A DNA stretch of 36,977 nucleotides from a virus: the IMG/VR virus record IMGVR_UViG_3300023240_000005, positions 1-36,977 of that record. The stretch is one strand, 5' to 3'. A program made the translations under genes and the position numbers. Below the pieces are notes generated by a model. That model worked only from the letters and a program-made list of their open reading frames with translations, searched no databases and was not told where the DNA came from. Below are positions 1-8,280 of this stretch, in pieces. Within the stretch, counting starts at the first letter, position 1, and every line of letters begins with the position of its first letter.

Positions 1-28
1 CCTCGAACGAAAAAGCCCCAAATCCGAG
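1..28. repeat. 28-bp direct terminal repeat, left copy; identical to 36950..36977, so the contig circularises and the genome is complete
   Basis: CCTCGAACGAAAAAGCCCCAAATCCGAG is read at both ends of the window. Confidence 0.9.
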
Positions 29-50
29 CCGAAATCTCGAATTGGGGCTT
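13..50 (-). terminator. Hairpin that looks like a rho-independent terminator on the minus strand
   Basis: AAGCCCCAA (13..21) pairs with TTGGGGCTT (42..50), with an inner CGAG/CTCG pairing. On the minus strand the stem is followed by TTTTTCGTT (complement of 4..12). On the + strand no T-tract follows. Confidence 0.4.
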
Positions 51-240
51 ACTGGCTTGCGCCATCCGCGAACGGGGGGAAGCTCTCAGAATCGCTGGGA
101 GTTGTCAAGGATTCCTCTACTGCTCATTTCCCGCCCTCCTTTTTGACTGCCTTCCTCGGCCTCCCGCCCTTCTTGCCGTTCTCCCGTAACTCATTGAGTG
201 TCAGACGCGAAAAAAGAAAATGATTTTTCGATGTAATTTA

Positions 241-269
241 TTGTTGCCATGTCCGACACCGCGTATTAC
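241..269 (+). promoter_or_regulatory. Candidate sigma70-like early promoter upstream of the RHH gene
   Basis: TTGTTG (241..246), 17-nt spacer, TATTAC (264..269), sitting 12 nt before the ATG at 281 in an AT-richer patch. Host promoter rules are unknown. Confidence 0.2.
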
Positions 270-280
270 AAGCGGCGGAC

Positions 281-445
281 ATGAGGCAGCAAATACAAAC
301 CGCCCGCATCACCATCAGGCTCCGGCCCGAAGAGTCGCGGAAGATCGAGCGCCTTGCCCGCAAGGCACGGGTAACGCGCACCGACTTTGTTCGGGAGGCG
401 CTTGAGCACTACATTCGGCTGGCGGAAAAGAGGGCGGCGAAATGA
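281..445 (+). CDS. Ribbon-helix-helix (CopG/Arc/MetJ-type) DNA-binding protein, 54 aa; below the ORF-track size cutoff
   Basis: Manual translation gives MRQQIQTARITIRLRPEESRKIERLARKARVTRTDFVREALEHYIRLAEKRAAK. The pattern is a beta-strand (ITIRL) followed by helix-helix (SxxDFVREAL). Its TGA overlaps the next ATG (ATGA at 442..445). Confidence 0.6.
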   Translation: MRQQIQTARITIRLRPEESRKIERLARKARVTRTDFVREALEHYIRLAEKRAAK

Positions 446-708
446 GCGCCCCCCAACTTCGCCAGCTACTCCGCGCCCAGCGATCCGAGGCGCTGCGAGT
501 CGCCATCGCCAACGGGATAGTTTTCGCCGCCTGCATGGGCGCACAATTCGCGTTCCTCTGGCACATCCCATCCTCTCTACTAGTTCTCATCCCCGCCGCC
601 ATATTGGGTGTGTGCGCGGCGGTCATGGGCAGCAGGGCGAGCAGCGCGGTTGACGCTGCTCGCCTTGCAACCCGCGACTTAAAAGCCACATCAGAAACCA
701 GGCTATGA
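442..708 (+). CDS. Small membrane protein with two hydrophobic segments; function unknown
   Basis: ORF of 88 aa. Hydrophobic stretches are IANGIVFAACMGAQFAFLW and LLVLIPAAILGVCAAVMG. ATGA coupling at both ends. Confidence 0.5.
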   Translation: MSAPQLRQLLRAQRSEALRVAIANGIVFAACMGAQFAFLWHIPSSLLVLIPAAILGVCAAVMGSRASSAVDAARLATRDLKATSETRL

Positions 709-914
709 AAAATCTCCTCGGCCCCGCGATGGGTCCATATCAGCAATATCTCCGCGCATCCGACGAGGAGCTTCGGCAGTCCATCAGAGACTTGGCTGGG
801 GCCACGAATGCAACCGCCCTAAATCGAATCGCTATGGCGGCGATTCTGCTCCGCGAGCGGCGGGAGTCGCGGGAGTTGAACGCGAGAATGACGGCAGCAC
901 AACCGCTGAACTAA
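705..914 (+). CDS. Hypothetical protein
   Basis: ORF of 69 aa with its start coupled (ATGA) to the upstream gene. Confidence 0.45.
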   Translation: MKNLLGPAMGPYQQYLRASDEELRQSIRDLAGATNATALNRIAMAAILLRERRESRELNARMTAAQPLN

Positions 915-943
915 AATAAACGCATACATAAAGCCCATAAGCC

Positions 944-1180
944 ATGATCCCCAGCCCCATCCTCAGAATCCTCTCCGCCGAATTGGTTGTCGGATGCACC
1001 GCCTCGTTTTGCTCGCTCCATGAGCGAGTCGCGGTCGAAGACACCGACATGGAGGAGATCGAGGACCGAGCCTTGGAGTCAGCAGGCTTCACCGAGGATG
1101 GCATATGCCCGACTTGCGCGGCAGAGCAGGCGCGGGAGGATGCGGGAGACAAGGCGATGCGGGAGGAAAAAGAATCTTAA
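944..1180 (+). CDS. Hypothetical acidic protein; an alternative start at ATG 1049 gives MEEIEDRAL...
   Basis: ORF of 78 aa. The N-terminal third looks non-coding-like. The C-terminal part is acidic and contains CPTC. Confidence 0.3.
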   Translation: MIPSPILRILSAELVVGCTASFCSLHERVAVEDTDMEEIEDRALESAGFTEDGICPTCAAEQAREDAGDKAMREEKES

Positions 1181-1184
1181 AACC

Positions 1185-1445
1185 ATGACCAGAGACGAAT
1201 TAATAAAAACGGCGAATCGAATGCAGGACCACGGAGGCACATTTGTTCGAAAGCTTGGCGAGTTAATCCCTTTAGCCGACAGCATCAACCTACAAGCGAT
1301 ACAGGCCGGATGGCCCGAGTATTTATACACTTACGGTCCTGGGTGCATGTTTGACCACGACGAGCCGACCCCCGAGGAGCAGGCGGAGAAGGCGGCTTGC
1401 GAGGCCGAGGACACGATGGACTTTCTGAAACACGAACAACCATGA
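1185..1445 (+). CDS. Hypothetical protein
   Basis: Internal ATG (MTRDELIKTANRMQDHGG...) of ORF 987..1445. The part of that ORF upstream of this ATG is Arg-rich and looks like junk. Confidence 0.5.
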   Translation: MTRDELIKTANRMQDHGGTFVRKLGELIPLADSINLQAIQAGWPEYLYTYGPGCMFDHDEPTPEEQAEKAACEAEDTMDFLKHEQP

Positions 1446-1642
1446 CCGGCTCAGAACTACGCGACCGCATCGCCCTAGCGCGGGAGGCCATCGAGAATAA
1501 CATCAGGGAGTTTGATGATCGCATCGCCGGTACCGGATGGGGCATCGGATTCGACAAAGGGGTCGTCTCCGGCCTCGCCCTCGCCGCCAAGCTGATCGAC
1601 GGCGCGACTCAGGCGAAGAAACAGGGGAATCTAACAGAATGA
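1442..1642 (+). CDS. Hypothetical protein
   Basis: ATGA overlap with the upstream stop; sequence MTGSELRDRIALAREAIENN... Confidence 0.5.
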   Translation: MTGSELRDRIALAREAIENNIREFDDRIAGTGWGIGFDKGVVSGLALAAKLIDGATQAKKQGNLTE

Positions 1643-2259
1643 AAACATCGCAAGAAATCGACAAGATAACGCCCGCCCTCATCGCGGCGCAAACCAACTT
1701 GGAGCCAGTCATCAAAGACACTGACAACGCGTTCCTCAAAACCAAATATGCGACGCTGATATCGGTCCACAAGGCCGTCATCCCCGCATTTAGGGCGCAA
1801 GATTTGATCTTTGTGCAAGGGGGCGACAGCCTCGCCGATAACAGCCTCGGACTGACCACTAGGCTCCTCCACAAGTCCGGCCAATGGATGGAGATGACTT
1901 GCCCTCTCCCTCTGTCCAAGCAAGGGGGGCAAGAGTTGGGGTCCATGATTACCTACGGACGCAAGTATGCCGTCCTCGCATTTGCTGGTGCCGCGCCTGA
2001 AGATGACGACGGCAACGCCGCGAGCGAGATTGCCGACAGCAAGAGGCGGGACAAGGACTCGTTAACGGCTTTGACCCCCACCCAATCCAAGGAGATCGAA
2101 AACCTGAGAGGAATCCTTGATGCCGACGAGAACAAGATGAAGGCCACCGCGTTGCGGCACTCTAACAACAGGACCGATTCGGTGGAGGCTTTGATGAAGA
2201 CAGAGGCGGTCAGTTTGATCGCGGCGATGAGAAAAGCAGCAGAAGGGAAATCAATATGA
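1639..2259 (+). CDS. erf: ERF-family single-strand annealing protein (recombinase)
   Basis: NAFLKTKYATLISVHKAVIPAF and GSMITYGRKYAVLAFAGAAPEDDDGNA match the P22 Erf signatures (N-F-x-K-Y, SYARKY, acidic DD tail). ATGA coupling on both sides. Confidence 0.75.
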   Translation: MKTSQEIDKITPALIAAQTNLEPVIKDTDNAFLKTKYATLISVHKAVIPAFRAQDLIFVQGGDSLADNSLGLTTRLLHKSGQWMEMTCPLPLSKQGGQELGSMITYGRKYAVLAFAGAAPEDDDGNAASEIADSKRRDKDSLTALTPTQSKEIENLRGILDADENKMKATALRHSNNRTDSVEALMKTEAVSLIAAMRKAAEGKSI

Positions 2260-2627
2260 GCGAGAAACCAAACAAGACGACAATAGAGGGAACCGTGATC
2301 GTGATCGGGGAGTTGCAGGAATTTGCCAGCGGGTTCGTTAAGCGCCTGCTCGTGGTGAAAACCGACGAGGAAAAGTATCCACAGACAATCCCCGTCGAGT
2401 TCGTGAAGGACCGCACCAAGACGCTTGACGCCTTGAGCGTTGGCGATTGGGTCCGCGTGGATGCCGACATTCGCGGCAACGAATACAACGGGAAATACTA
2501 CTGCAACATCACGGGATGGCGGATCGAGGACAAGGACGGGCGGGAGTTCTCATCGAGGACGCCGCGAGATCAAGCCCCGGCCGCAGCGCCTCCCGAGGAA
2601 GACGACAACGATTCACTGCCCTACTAA
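2256..2627 (+). CDS. DUF3127-like OB-fold protein, probable ssDNA-binding protein with an acidic SSB-like C-terminal tip
   Basis: EGTVIVIGELQEF..GFVKRLLVVKTDEEKYPQTIPVEFVKDR...LSVGDWVRVDADIRGNEYNGKYYCNITGWRI fits my recollection of the DUF3127 pattern. The tail ends ...EEDDNDSLPY. It sits directly after erf. Confidence 0.6.
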   Translation: MSEKPNKTTIEGTVIVIGELQEFASGFVKRLLVVKTDEEKYPQTIPVEFVKDRTKTLDALSVGDWVRVDADIRGNEYNGKYYCNITGWRIEDKDGREFSSRTPRDQAPAAAPPEEDDNDSLPY

Positions 2628-2628
2628 T

Positions 2629-2856
2629 ATGACCATGAAACACCTGGACAAAAAATCGGGCGCGATCATCCGCGCCATCAAGGCGAACGATCCGCAACAG
2701 ATCGGACTGAGCCAATCGGCCCAAGTGCTTTGCATGTCGGACAACTTATGGAATCGCCGCACTGTCGGGCGAGTCCTCGGCCGCATGATAAAGCGCGGGC
2801 TGATCCGCCGAATCAAAAACGGGGTGTTTGCGCTCCCCAAGGAGGTGGAGGCATGA
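2629..2856 (+). CDS. Small winged-helix/HTH-like DNA-binding protein
   Basis: MTMKHLDKKSGAIIRAIKAN..IGLSQSAQVLCMSDNLWNRRTVGRVLGRMIKRGLIRRIKNGVFALP. Confidence 0.45.
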   Translation: MTMKHLDKKSGAIIRAIKANDPQQIGLSQSAQVLCMSDNLWNRRTVGRVLGRMIKRGLIRRIKNGVFALPKEVEA

Positions 2857-3137
2857 GCGAGACCGAAGGCCTCCTCCGCGAAATCTCCACCTCCCCGGTT
2901 TTGTCAAACGGCGACGACGAGAGAGTTAGCGTGAGCGTGTCCCGCGAGACGTGGGATCAGTTGGTGGAGGCGCTGGAAAAATCCGAGGCCGCTCTTGCGG
3001 ACCTGGGGGCCTGCGCCGACCCCGATTGCGAGGCGCTTAATTGCAACCACGCTCTGTGCTCTGTTAGGGCATCCCTTGCCGCCTCAAAACATCGAGGAGG
3101 ACGTCAAATCAATTTCCCCGACCAGTCCCCCGCATGA
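2853..3137 (+). CDS. Hypothetical protein
   Basis: ATGA-coupled ORF, 94 aa from the internal ATG. Confidence 0.5.
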   Translation: MSETEGLLREISTSPVLSNGDDERVSVSVSRETWDQLVEALEKSEAALADLGACADPDCEALNCNHALCSVRASLAASKHRGGRQINFPDQSPA

Positions 3138-3595
3138 CCATCACCCTCCCCGTCCCCGTTAAAGCGCTCCGGGCCAACTTTGGGCATGGCCACTGGGCAG
3201 CAAAGCACAAAGCCGCTAAGACGGCCAAGGAATTGTCCCGCATCCTCACCCTCGCCGTCCCCGTTGCCGACCGTTGCCGACCCTGGCGTGGCTATTCGAT
3301 CCTCGCCCACACCGCCGCCCGATGGGACATCGACAACATCCACTCCGCCTGCAAAGCCTACCTCGACGGCATCGCCCTGGCCCTCGGGGTTGACGACAAG
3401 GAATGGGATCTCATCGGAGATCCCGCCATAGCCAACCCCATCGACCGCAAAGCCCCGCGATTTGAAATAACCCTCCACCCTCGACCCCCTGCCCCCTGCC
3501 CCCTGCCCCCTAGGGCCGGAAGCGTGACGCCGCACCGATACATGCAGGACGGGGCGCGGCGTGATCTGCGATCAACCAAGAAGCCCCGGCGATGA
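3134..3595 (+). CDS. rusA: RusA-like Holliday junction resolvase
   Basis: N-terminal ITLPVPVKALRANFGHGHWAAKHK and WDIDNIHSACKAYLDGIALALGVDDKEW resemble the RusA pattern DxDNxxKxxxD....DD. The Lys spacing differs from E. coli RusA. The C-terminal tail is Pro-rich. Confidence 0.55.
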   Translation: MTITLPVPVKALRANFGHGHWAAKHKAAKTAKELSRILTLAVPVADRCRPWRGYSILAHTAARWDIDNIHSACKAYLDGIALALGVDDKEWDLIGDPAIANPIDRKAPRFEITLHPRPPAPCPLPPRAGSVTPHRYMQDGARRDLRSTKKPRR

Positions 3596-3643
3596 TCCCC
3601 CCGAGTCTCATCCGGGGGCTTGTTATGCAAGGATCTGGGGTTC

Positions 3644-5899
3644 ATGAGCAAAAAGACCGATCAACAATCAACCAACCTAACTATGACAAAACAAGACACC
3701 AAATTGACGGAATACGATTCATTTATCAATGCAAAAACAAAGCGGGCGCAGTCCTACGGATTTGAGCCATACCCGATCACCGCTCCATTGTTCGGATGGC
3801 AGGCGCACGTCACAGAGTGGACAATCCGCAAGGGCCGCGCAGCTCTCTTTGAGGACTGCGGACTTGGAAAGACAATCCAGCAGCTTGAGTGGGCGCATCA
3901 GTGCGTGCAACATACGGGTAGGAGTTCATTGATCCTCACCCCGCTTTCCGTCGCGCATCAGACGGCGAACGAGTCAAAGAAGTTCGGGATAAATGCCCAA
4001 GTTGCAGAATCAAACGACGATATTACTGGCGTCGGGATATGGATCACCAACTACGAGAAGCTTGACAAATTCGACTGCTCGCAGTTCGCCGCAGTTGCGT
4101 TGGACGAGTCCAGCATCTTGAAAAACTTCACTGGCAAGATGCGAAAGACGCTCACCGACACCTTCGCGGAAACCCCCTACCGCCTATGCTGCACCGCGAC
4201 GCCATCACCCAACGATTATACCGAGTTCGGGCAGCATGCCGACTTCCTTGGTGTCTGCTCACCCGCGCAAATGCTGGCGACGTTCTTTATTAACGACACG
4301 TTCAACACTGGCGATTGGCGTGTGAAAAAGCATGCGGAAATGGAATTCTGGAAATGGGTGGCATCATGGGCAGCGTGTATCGGGAAACCATCAGACATCG
4401 GATTTGATGATGACGGATACATTCTCCCTCCGCTCAACATGGAGACCATCATCGTAAACGTCGATGAGGTTGCCGACGCTCAAGGCGGGGAGTTGTTCCG
4501 ACACTCCACGCTTTCCGCGACCACCATGCACAAGGAAATGCGGATGACTTCCCCGCGACGGGTTGAGGAGGTTGCAAAGCTCGTCAACGAATCGGATGAA
4601 TGCTGGATTGTCTGGTGCAATACCAACGACGAATCGGGGCAACTGGCAAAGGCTATCCCCGACGCCGTGGAGATTAAGGGCAGCAACACCAATAAGCAAA
4701 AGGAGTCCGCCGCAGATGGATTTGTGGACGGATCAATCCGAGTCCTTATCAGCAAGAGTGGGATCTTTGGCTATGGTATGAACTGGCAACACTGCCACAA
4801 CGTCGCATTCGTTGGGTTGTCCTATTCATTCGAAGACTTCTATCAGGCGCTCCGCCGCACATACCGATTCGGGCAAACCAAAACCGTCAACGCCTACATC
4901 GTCCAAGCGTCCACTGAGGGCGCGATTCTCAGGACCGTCAAACGCAAGATCAACCAACACAAAGAAATGCAAGAGAAGATGAAAATTGCCGCCGAGGCAT
5001 TCAAGGATTCAACCATGAAAGAACTGACTATGAAAAAAGACATCAACACAGCAGAGGGAGACGGATGGCAATTACACCACGGCGATTGCGTCCGAGTAGC
5101 GCAACAAATGCCCGACGAGTCCGCGGACTTTTGTGTGTTCTCGCCACCGTTCGCGGACCTGTTCACCTACTCGAATGACCTGCAGGACATGGGCAACTGC
5201 TCCGACTTGGACGAGTTCAAGGAACACTTCAGGATCCTCGTAGCCGAGATTGAGCGCGTGATGGTTCCCGGCCGCGAGGTGGCGGTCCATTGCGTTGACC
5301 TGCTATCGACGAAGTGGAAGCATGGGAAGATTGAGTTTCAGGATTTCAGCGGCGAGATCGTCCGCATGTTTTGGGATCACGGCTTTCTTTTCCATTCGAG
5401 GATCTGCATTTGGAAATCACCAGTCACCGAGATGCAGCGCACCAAGGCGCACGGTTTGCTTTACAAGACGCTAAAGGCCGACTCATGCGACAGCCGAGTG
5501 GGATGCGCGGACTATCTGCTCGTTTTCCGCAAGCCAGGGGTCAACCCCCGCCCCGTCGTCAAGGATCCGAATCAATACCCCGTCGATCTCTGGCAGGAAG
5601 TGGCCAGCCCCGTTTGGATGACTATCGACCAAGGCAACGTCCTTAACAAGCATGGTGCGAGGGACCACGCCGACGAGCGGCACATCTGCCCGTTGCAGCT
5701 CGACGTTATCGAGCGGGCGGTTGTCCTGTGGAGCAATCCCGGCGACCTTGTATGGAGCCCGTTCGCGGGAATCGGCAGCGAGGGATACAAGGCGCTGCAA
5801 CTGGATAGGCGATTCGTTGGTAGCGAGCTGAAAGAGTCCTATTTCAATCAGGCGAGCGCAAACCTCGCCAACGCCAAGGCGCAACTGACGCTGCTGTGA
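3644..5899 (+). CDS. Fusion of an SNF2/DEAD-like helicase with a beta-class N6-adenine/N4-cytosine DNA methyltransferase; an alternative TTG start lies at 3620
   Basis: Walker A GLGKT (about 3860..3874), DESS box (4103..4114) and a helicase-C region (VLISKSGIFGYGMNWQ...). These are followed by SPPF (5141..5152, motif IV) and then SPFAGIGSEG (about 5753..5780, motif I). Confidence 0.85.
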   Translation: MSKKTDQQSTNLTMTKQDTKLTEYDSFINAKTKRAQSYGFEPYPITAPLFGWQAHVTEWTIRKGRAALFEDCGLGKTIQQLEWAHQCVQHTGRSSLILTPLSVAHQTANESKKFGINAQVAESNDDITGVGIWITNYEKLDKFDCSQFAAVALDESSILKNFTGKMRKTLTDTFAETPYRLCCTATPSPNDYTEFGQHADFLGVCSPAQMLATFFINDTFNTGDWRVKKHAEMEFWKWVASWAACIGKPSDIGFDDDGYILPPLNMETIIVNVDEVADAQGGELFRHSTLSATTMHKEMRMTSPRRVEEVAKLVNESDECWIVWCNTNDESGQLAKAIPDAVEIKGSNTNKQKESAADGFVDGSIRVLISKSGIFGYGMNWQHCHNVAFVGLSYSFEDFYQALRRTYRFGQTKTVNAYIVQASTEGAILRTVKRKINQHKEMQEKMKIAAEAFKDSTMKELTMKKDINTAEGDGWQLHHGDCVRVAQQMPDESADFCVFSPPFADLFTYSNDLQDMGNCSDLDEFKEHFRILVAEIERVMVPGREVAVHCVDLLSTKWKHGKIEFQDFSGEIVRMFWDHGFLFHSRICIWKSPVTEMQRTKAHGLLYKTLKADSCDSRVGCADYLLVFRKPGVNPRPVVKDPNQYPVDLWQEVASPVWMTIDQGNVLNKHGARDHADERHICPLQLDVIERAVVLWSNPGDLVWSPFAGIGSEGYKALQLDRRFVGSELKESYFNQASANLANAKAQLTLL

Positions 5900-6132
5900 C
5901 CGAACCCATGAACAACATGAGCAAATCCCAACTGGAGGCATTCGACGACATGACCGCCGACCGCGACCGATGGCGCGACCGATTCGAGAAGCTCGACCGC
6001 GAACTCAAGTCCGAGCTGCGCGACCCCAACGGGACGATCTGGGAGCATGCGGAGAGGTTGCAGGCGGAGCTGGACAAGTTGCGGGCCGCGAACACCGAGT
6101 TGCTCAACATCCACACCGCGCCCCATGCCTAA
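5896..6132 (+). CDS. Coiled-coil hypothetical protein; GTG start overlaps the upstream TGA, with in-frame ATGs at 5908 and 5917
   Basis: ORF of 78 aa containing RDRWRDRFEKLDRELKSELRD...LQAELDKLRAANTELL. Confidence 0.5.
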   Translation: MTEPMNNMSKSQLEAFDDMTADRDRWRDRFEKLDRELKSELRDPNGTIWEHAERLQAELDKLRAANTELLNIHTAPHA

Positions 6133-6895
6133 CCGATACGTCAGAGAGTCAGCCATTGAGTCAGATGCCGTCAATTCGGTGTCTTGGCAGGCCGAAGTGT
6201 TTTGGCGGCGGCTCATCAATCGGGTGGACGATTTCGGCCGAATCGAGGCCCATCTCGGCCTACTTCGTGCCAAACTGTTCCCGCTCCAAATCTCAAAGGT
6301 CAGCACTGCGGACGTGACAAGGCTCCTCTCCGAATGTGAGATGGCCGGGTTGCTGTCAGTCTATGCTGTTGAGGGTAAGGAGTTTGTGGCTATGCACAAG
6401 TGGGAGCAGGGGCGGGCGAGACATAGCCGGTACCCTGATCCACCTCCCGAAATTTGTCAGCGTTTGCAAACATCGGTTTACATTTGCAAACAAGCCCCAA
6501 CAGATGCTCCCGACTCCGACTCCGACTCCGACTCCGACTCCGATTCCGACTCCGATTCCCCCCTACCCCCCAAGGGGGCATTTGAGGCGGAGTTTTCTGA
6601 ATCGTGGAACAAGGCCGTCGAGAAGACGCCCATCCCCGCGCTCCGGCGCGGCATCCCGAAAAGGTGCAAGCGCAACTTCAATGCCCGAACTCAGGACGAG
6701 GAATGGATGGAGTGCTGGGAGGCGGCGTTGAAGGTCGCAATCACCGACCCATTCTACTCGGGCAAGAACGAGCGGGGATGGATTGCGGACATTGAGTGGT
6801 TTCTGCGCCCGAACACCGTGGCCAAAACCCATGCCCGATCAACCCAGCCAGCAGCCCCCACGGGGCGCAAACTCAGCAACGAGGAGGGATTTTGA
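6125..6895 (+). CDS. Putative replication organizer/initiator or helicase-loader-like protein with an internal (DS)8 linker
   Basis: Internal ATG (MPNRYVRESAIESD...). The N-terminal domain looks winged-helix-like (FWRRLINRVDDFGR...LLSECEMAGLLSVY..GKEFVAMHKWEQ). It sits directly upstream of dnaB. The function is inferred from position. Confidence 0.4.
   Translation: MPNRYVRESAIESDAVNSVSWQAEVFWRRLINRVDDFGRIEAHLGLLRAKLFPLQISKVSTADVTRLLSECEMAGLLSVYAVEGKEFVAMHKWEQGRARHSRYPDPPPEICQRLQTSVYICKQAPTDAPDSDSDSDSDSDSDSDSPLPPKGAFEAEFSESWNKAVEKTPIPALRRGIPKRCKRNFNARTQDEEWMECWEAALKVAITDPFYSGKNERGWIADIEWFLRPNTVAKTHARSTQPAAPTGRKLSNEEGF
6512..6559 (+). repeat. Hexanucleotide tandem repeat (GAYTCC)x8 encoding (Asp-Ser)8
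   Basis: gactcc x5, gattcc, gactcc, gattcc read directly. Confidence 0.9.
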
Positions 6896-6898
6896 TTT

Positions 6899-8224
6899 AT
6901 GACCGAGCCACGCCAACTCCCAAACGCCCTAGAGCCCGAGAGGTCCATCCTGTCATCCATGATGCAGGGTGAGGCGGCGGAACACCTCGACAAAGCCGCC
7001 GCCGAGGGCATCACCAAGGCCCATTTCTACGTCCCCGCCCACGGCGTCCTCTACGGCATCCTCCAAGATTTGCGGCGGGACGGACTCCCCATCGAGATCG
7101 TTTCGCTTGGGGAGCGCCTGCGGGAGTTGGGGATGTTGGAGGGCATCGGGGGGCCTTCTGCGCTGATCGAGATATACCGATTCTCTCCGACCGCCGCCTA
7201 TTTCGGCCACCACCTCGGAATAGTCAAGTCGCGGCACTTGGCCAGGGTAGGCATTAAATGCGCATCAGTCGCCATAGGAGAGCTTTACGGGGCGGCGGGG
7301 CAAGAGGAGCAAATTCTTTCGCGCCTCGCTGCGGGCATAGCAGACGCCTTAAAGGGAATTTCCTCAGATTCGGAGGATTATGACGCAAAAGAGCTTATGC
7401 GGAGGTTTTTGGACAACGTGGAGCGGTCCATCGAGGGCAAAAACAATGAGACCATCCCGACCCCGTGGGCCAATCTCAACTCGCTGCTCGGCGGGGGCCT
7501 CGGAATCGGGGAAATAACGTTCCTGGCCGCGAGACCCAGCATGGGCAAAACCGCATTTGCGCTCCAACTCCTCACCAAAGCGGCCGAGGATGGGACTCAG
7601 GGGCAATTTATCAGCATTGAATCAGGCGCGGACAAGATCGCCAACCGACTGGCGGCATCCAAGGGCGCGGGCGACGTTTCCGACCTAAGCAAGGGCAACA
7701 TCACCCGCCGAGACATGGAGGCCATCCAAAAGGCGGTTGCGAGGGTTGAGCGCCTGCCGATCCGCGTCCGCAAAATGCACGGGCCGACCGCCCCCCAAGT
7801 AGCCTCCGCGATCCGAACGGCAGCCCGCGACCACGGGGCGAGGCTCATCGTCATCGATTACCTCCAACTCATCCGGTCCTCCTCCCGGTCCGAGCAGGAC
7901 AACGTCAGGCTCCGCATGGACAACGCCCTCGACACCCTATGCCCCCTCGCGTCCGAGTTGGGTATATGTCTCGTCATCCTCGCTCAACTCAACCGCGACG
8001 CCGAGGGCAAGCTGGGCAAGGACTTGGACCTGTCCATGCTCAAAGAGACGGGCCGCATCGAGCAGGACGCCGACTCAATCCTCATGATCGGGACGGCGCA
8101 CGATCACGAATCTGATGGGGAGGACACCGAACCCCGAGTCGTCAAGGTTCCGAAAAACCGCGACGGCCCGACCAGTTTTGCCCGACTCCAGTTTCACGGC
8201 CCGACAACAACTTTCCACCAATGA
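6899..8224 (+). CDS. dnaB: Replicative DNA helicase DnaB
   Basis: N-terminal PNALEPERSILSSMMQ, Walker A ARPSMGKTAFAL (about 7527..7550), IVIDYLQLI and a RecA-like C-terminal domain. GGAGGG sits 10 nt upstream of the ATG. Confidence 0.9.
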   Translation: MTEPRQLPNALEPERSILSSMMQGEAAEHLDKAAAEGITKAHFYVPAHGVLYGILQDLRRDGLPIEIVSLGERLRELGMLEGIGGPSALIEIYRFSPTAAYFGHHLGIVKSRHLARVGIKCASVAIGELYGAAGQEEQILSRLAAGIADALKGISSDSEDYDAKELMRRFLDNVERSIEGKNNETIPTPWANLNSLLGGGLGIGEITFLAARPSMGKTAFALQLLTKAAEDGTQGQFISIESGADKIANRLAASKGAGDVSDLSKGNITRRDMEAIQKAVARVERLPIRVRKMHGPTAPQVASAIRTAARDHGARLIVIDYLQLIRSSSRSEQDNVRLRMDNALDTLCPLASELGICLVILAQLNRDAEGKLGKDLDLSMLKETGRIEQDADSILMIGTAHDHESDGEDTEPRVVKVPKNRDGPTSFARLQFHGPTTTFHQ

Positions 8225-8280
8225 CCGAACCAATGACCGAACCAATGACCGAACCAATGACCACACCAATGACCGACGAC
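8221..8280 (+). repeat. 12-bp tandem repeat ATGACCGAACCA (3 exact units plus 2 decayed), giving five in-frame ATGs
   Basis: atgaccgaacca x3, then atgaccacacca, then atgaccgacgac. Confidence 0.9.

Noticed and set aside
266-746. Minus-strand ORFs 266..571 and 315..746, and + ORFs 220..405 and 387..653.
   Set aside because: They overlap the RHH/membrane-protein chain, which has recognisable folds and ATGA coupling. Their sequences are Arg/Ala/Pro-rich with no features.
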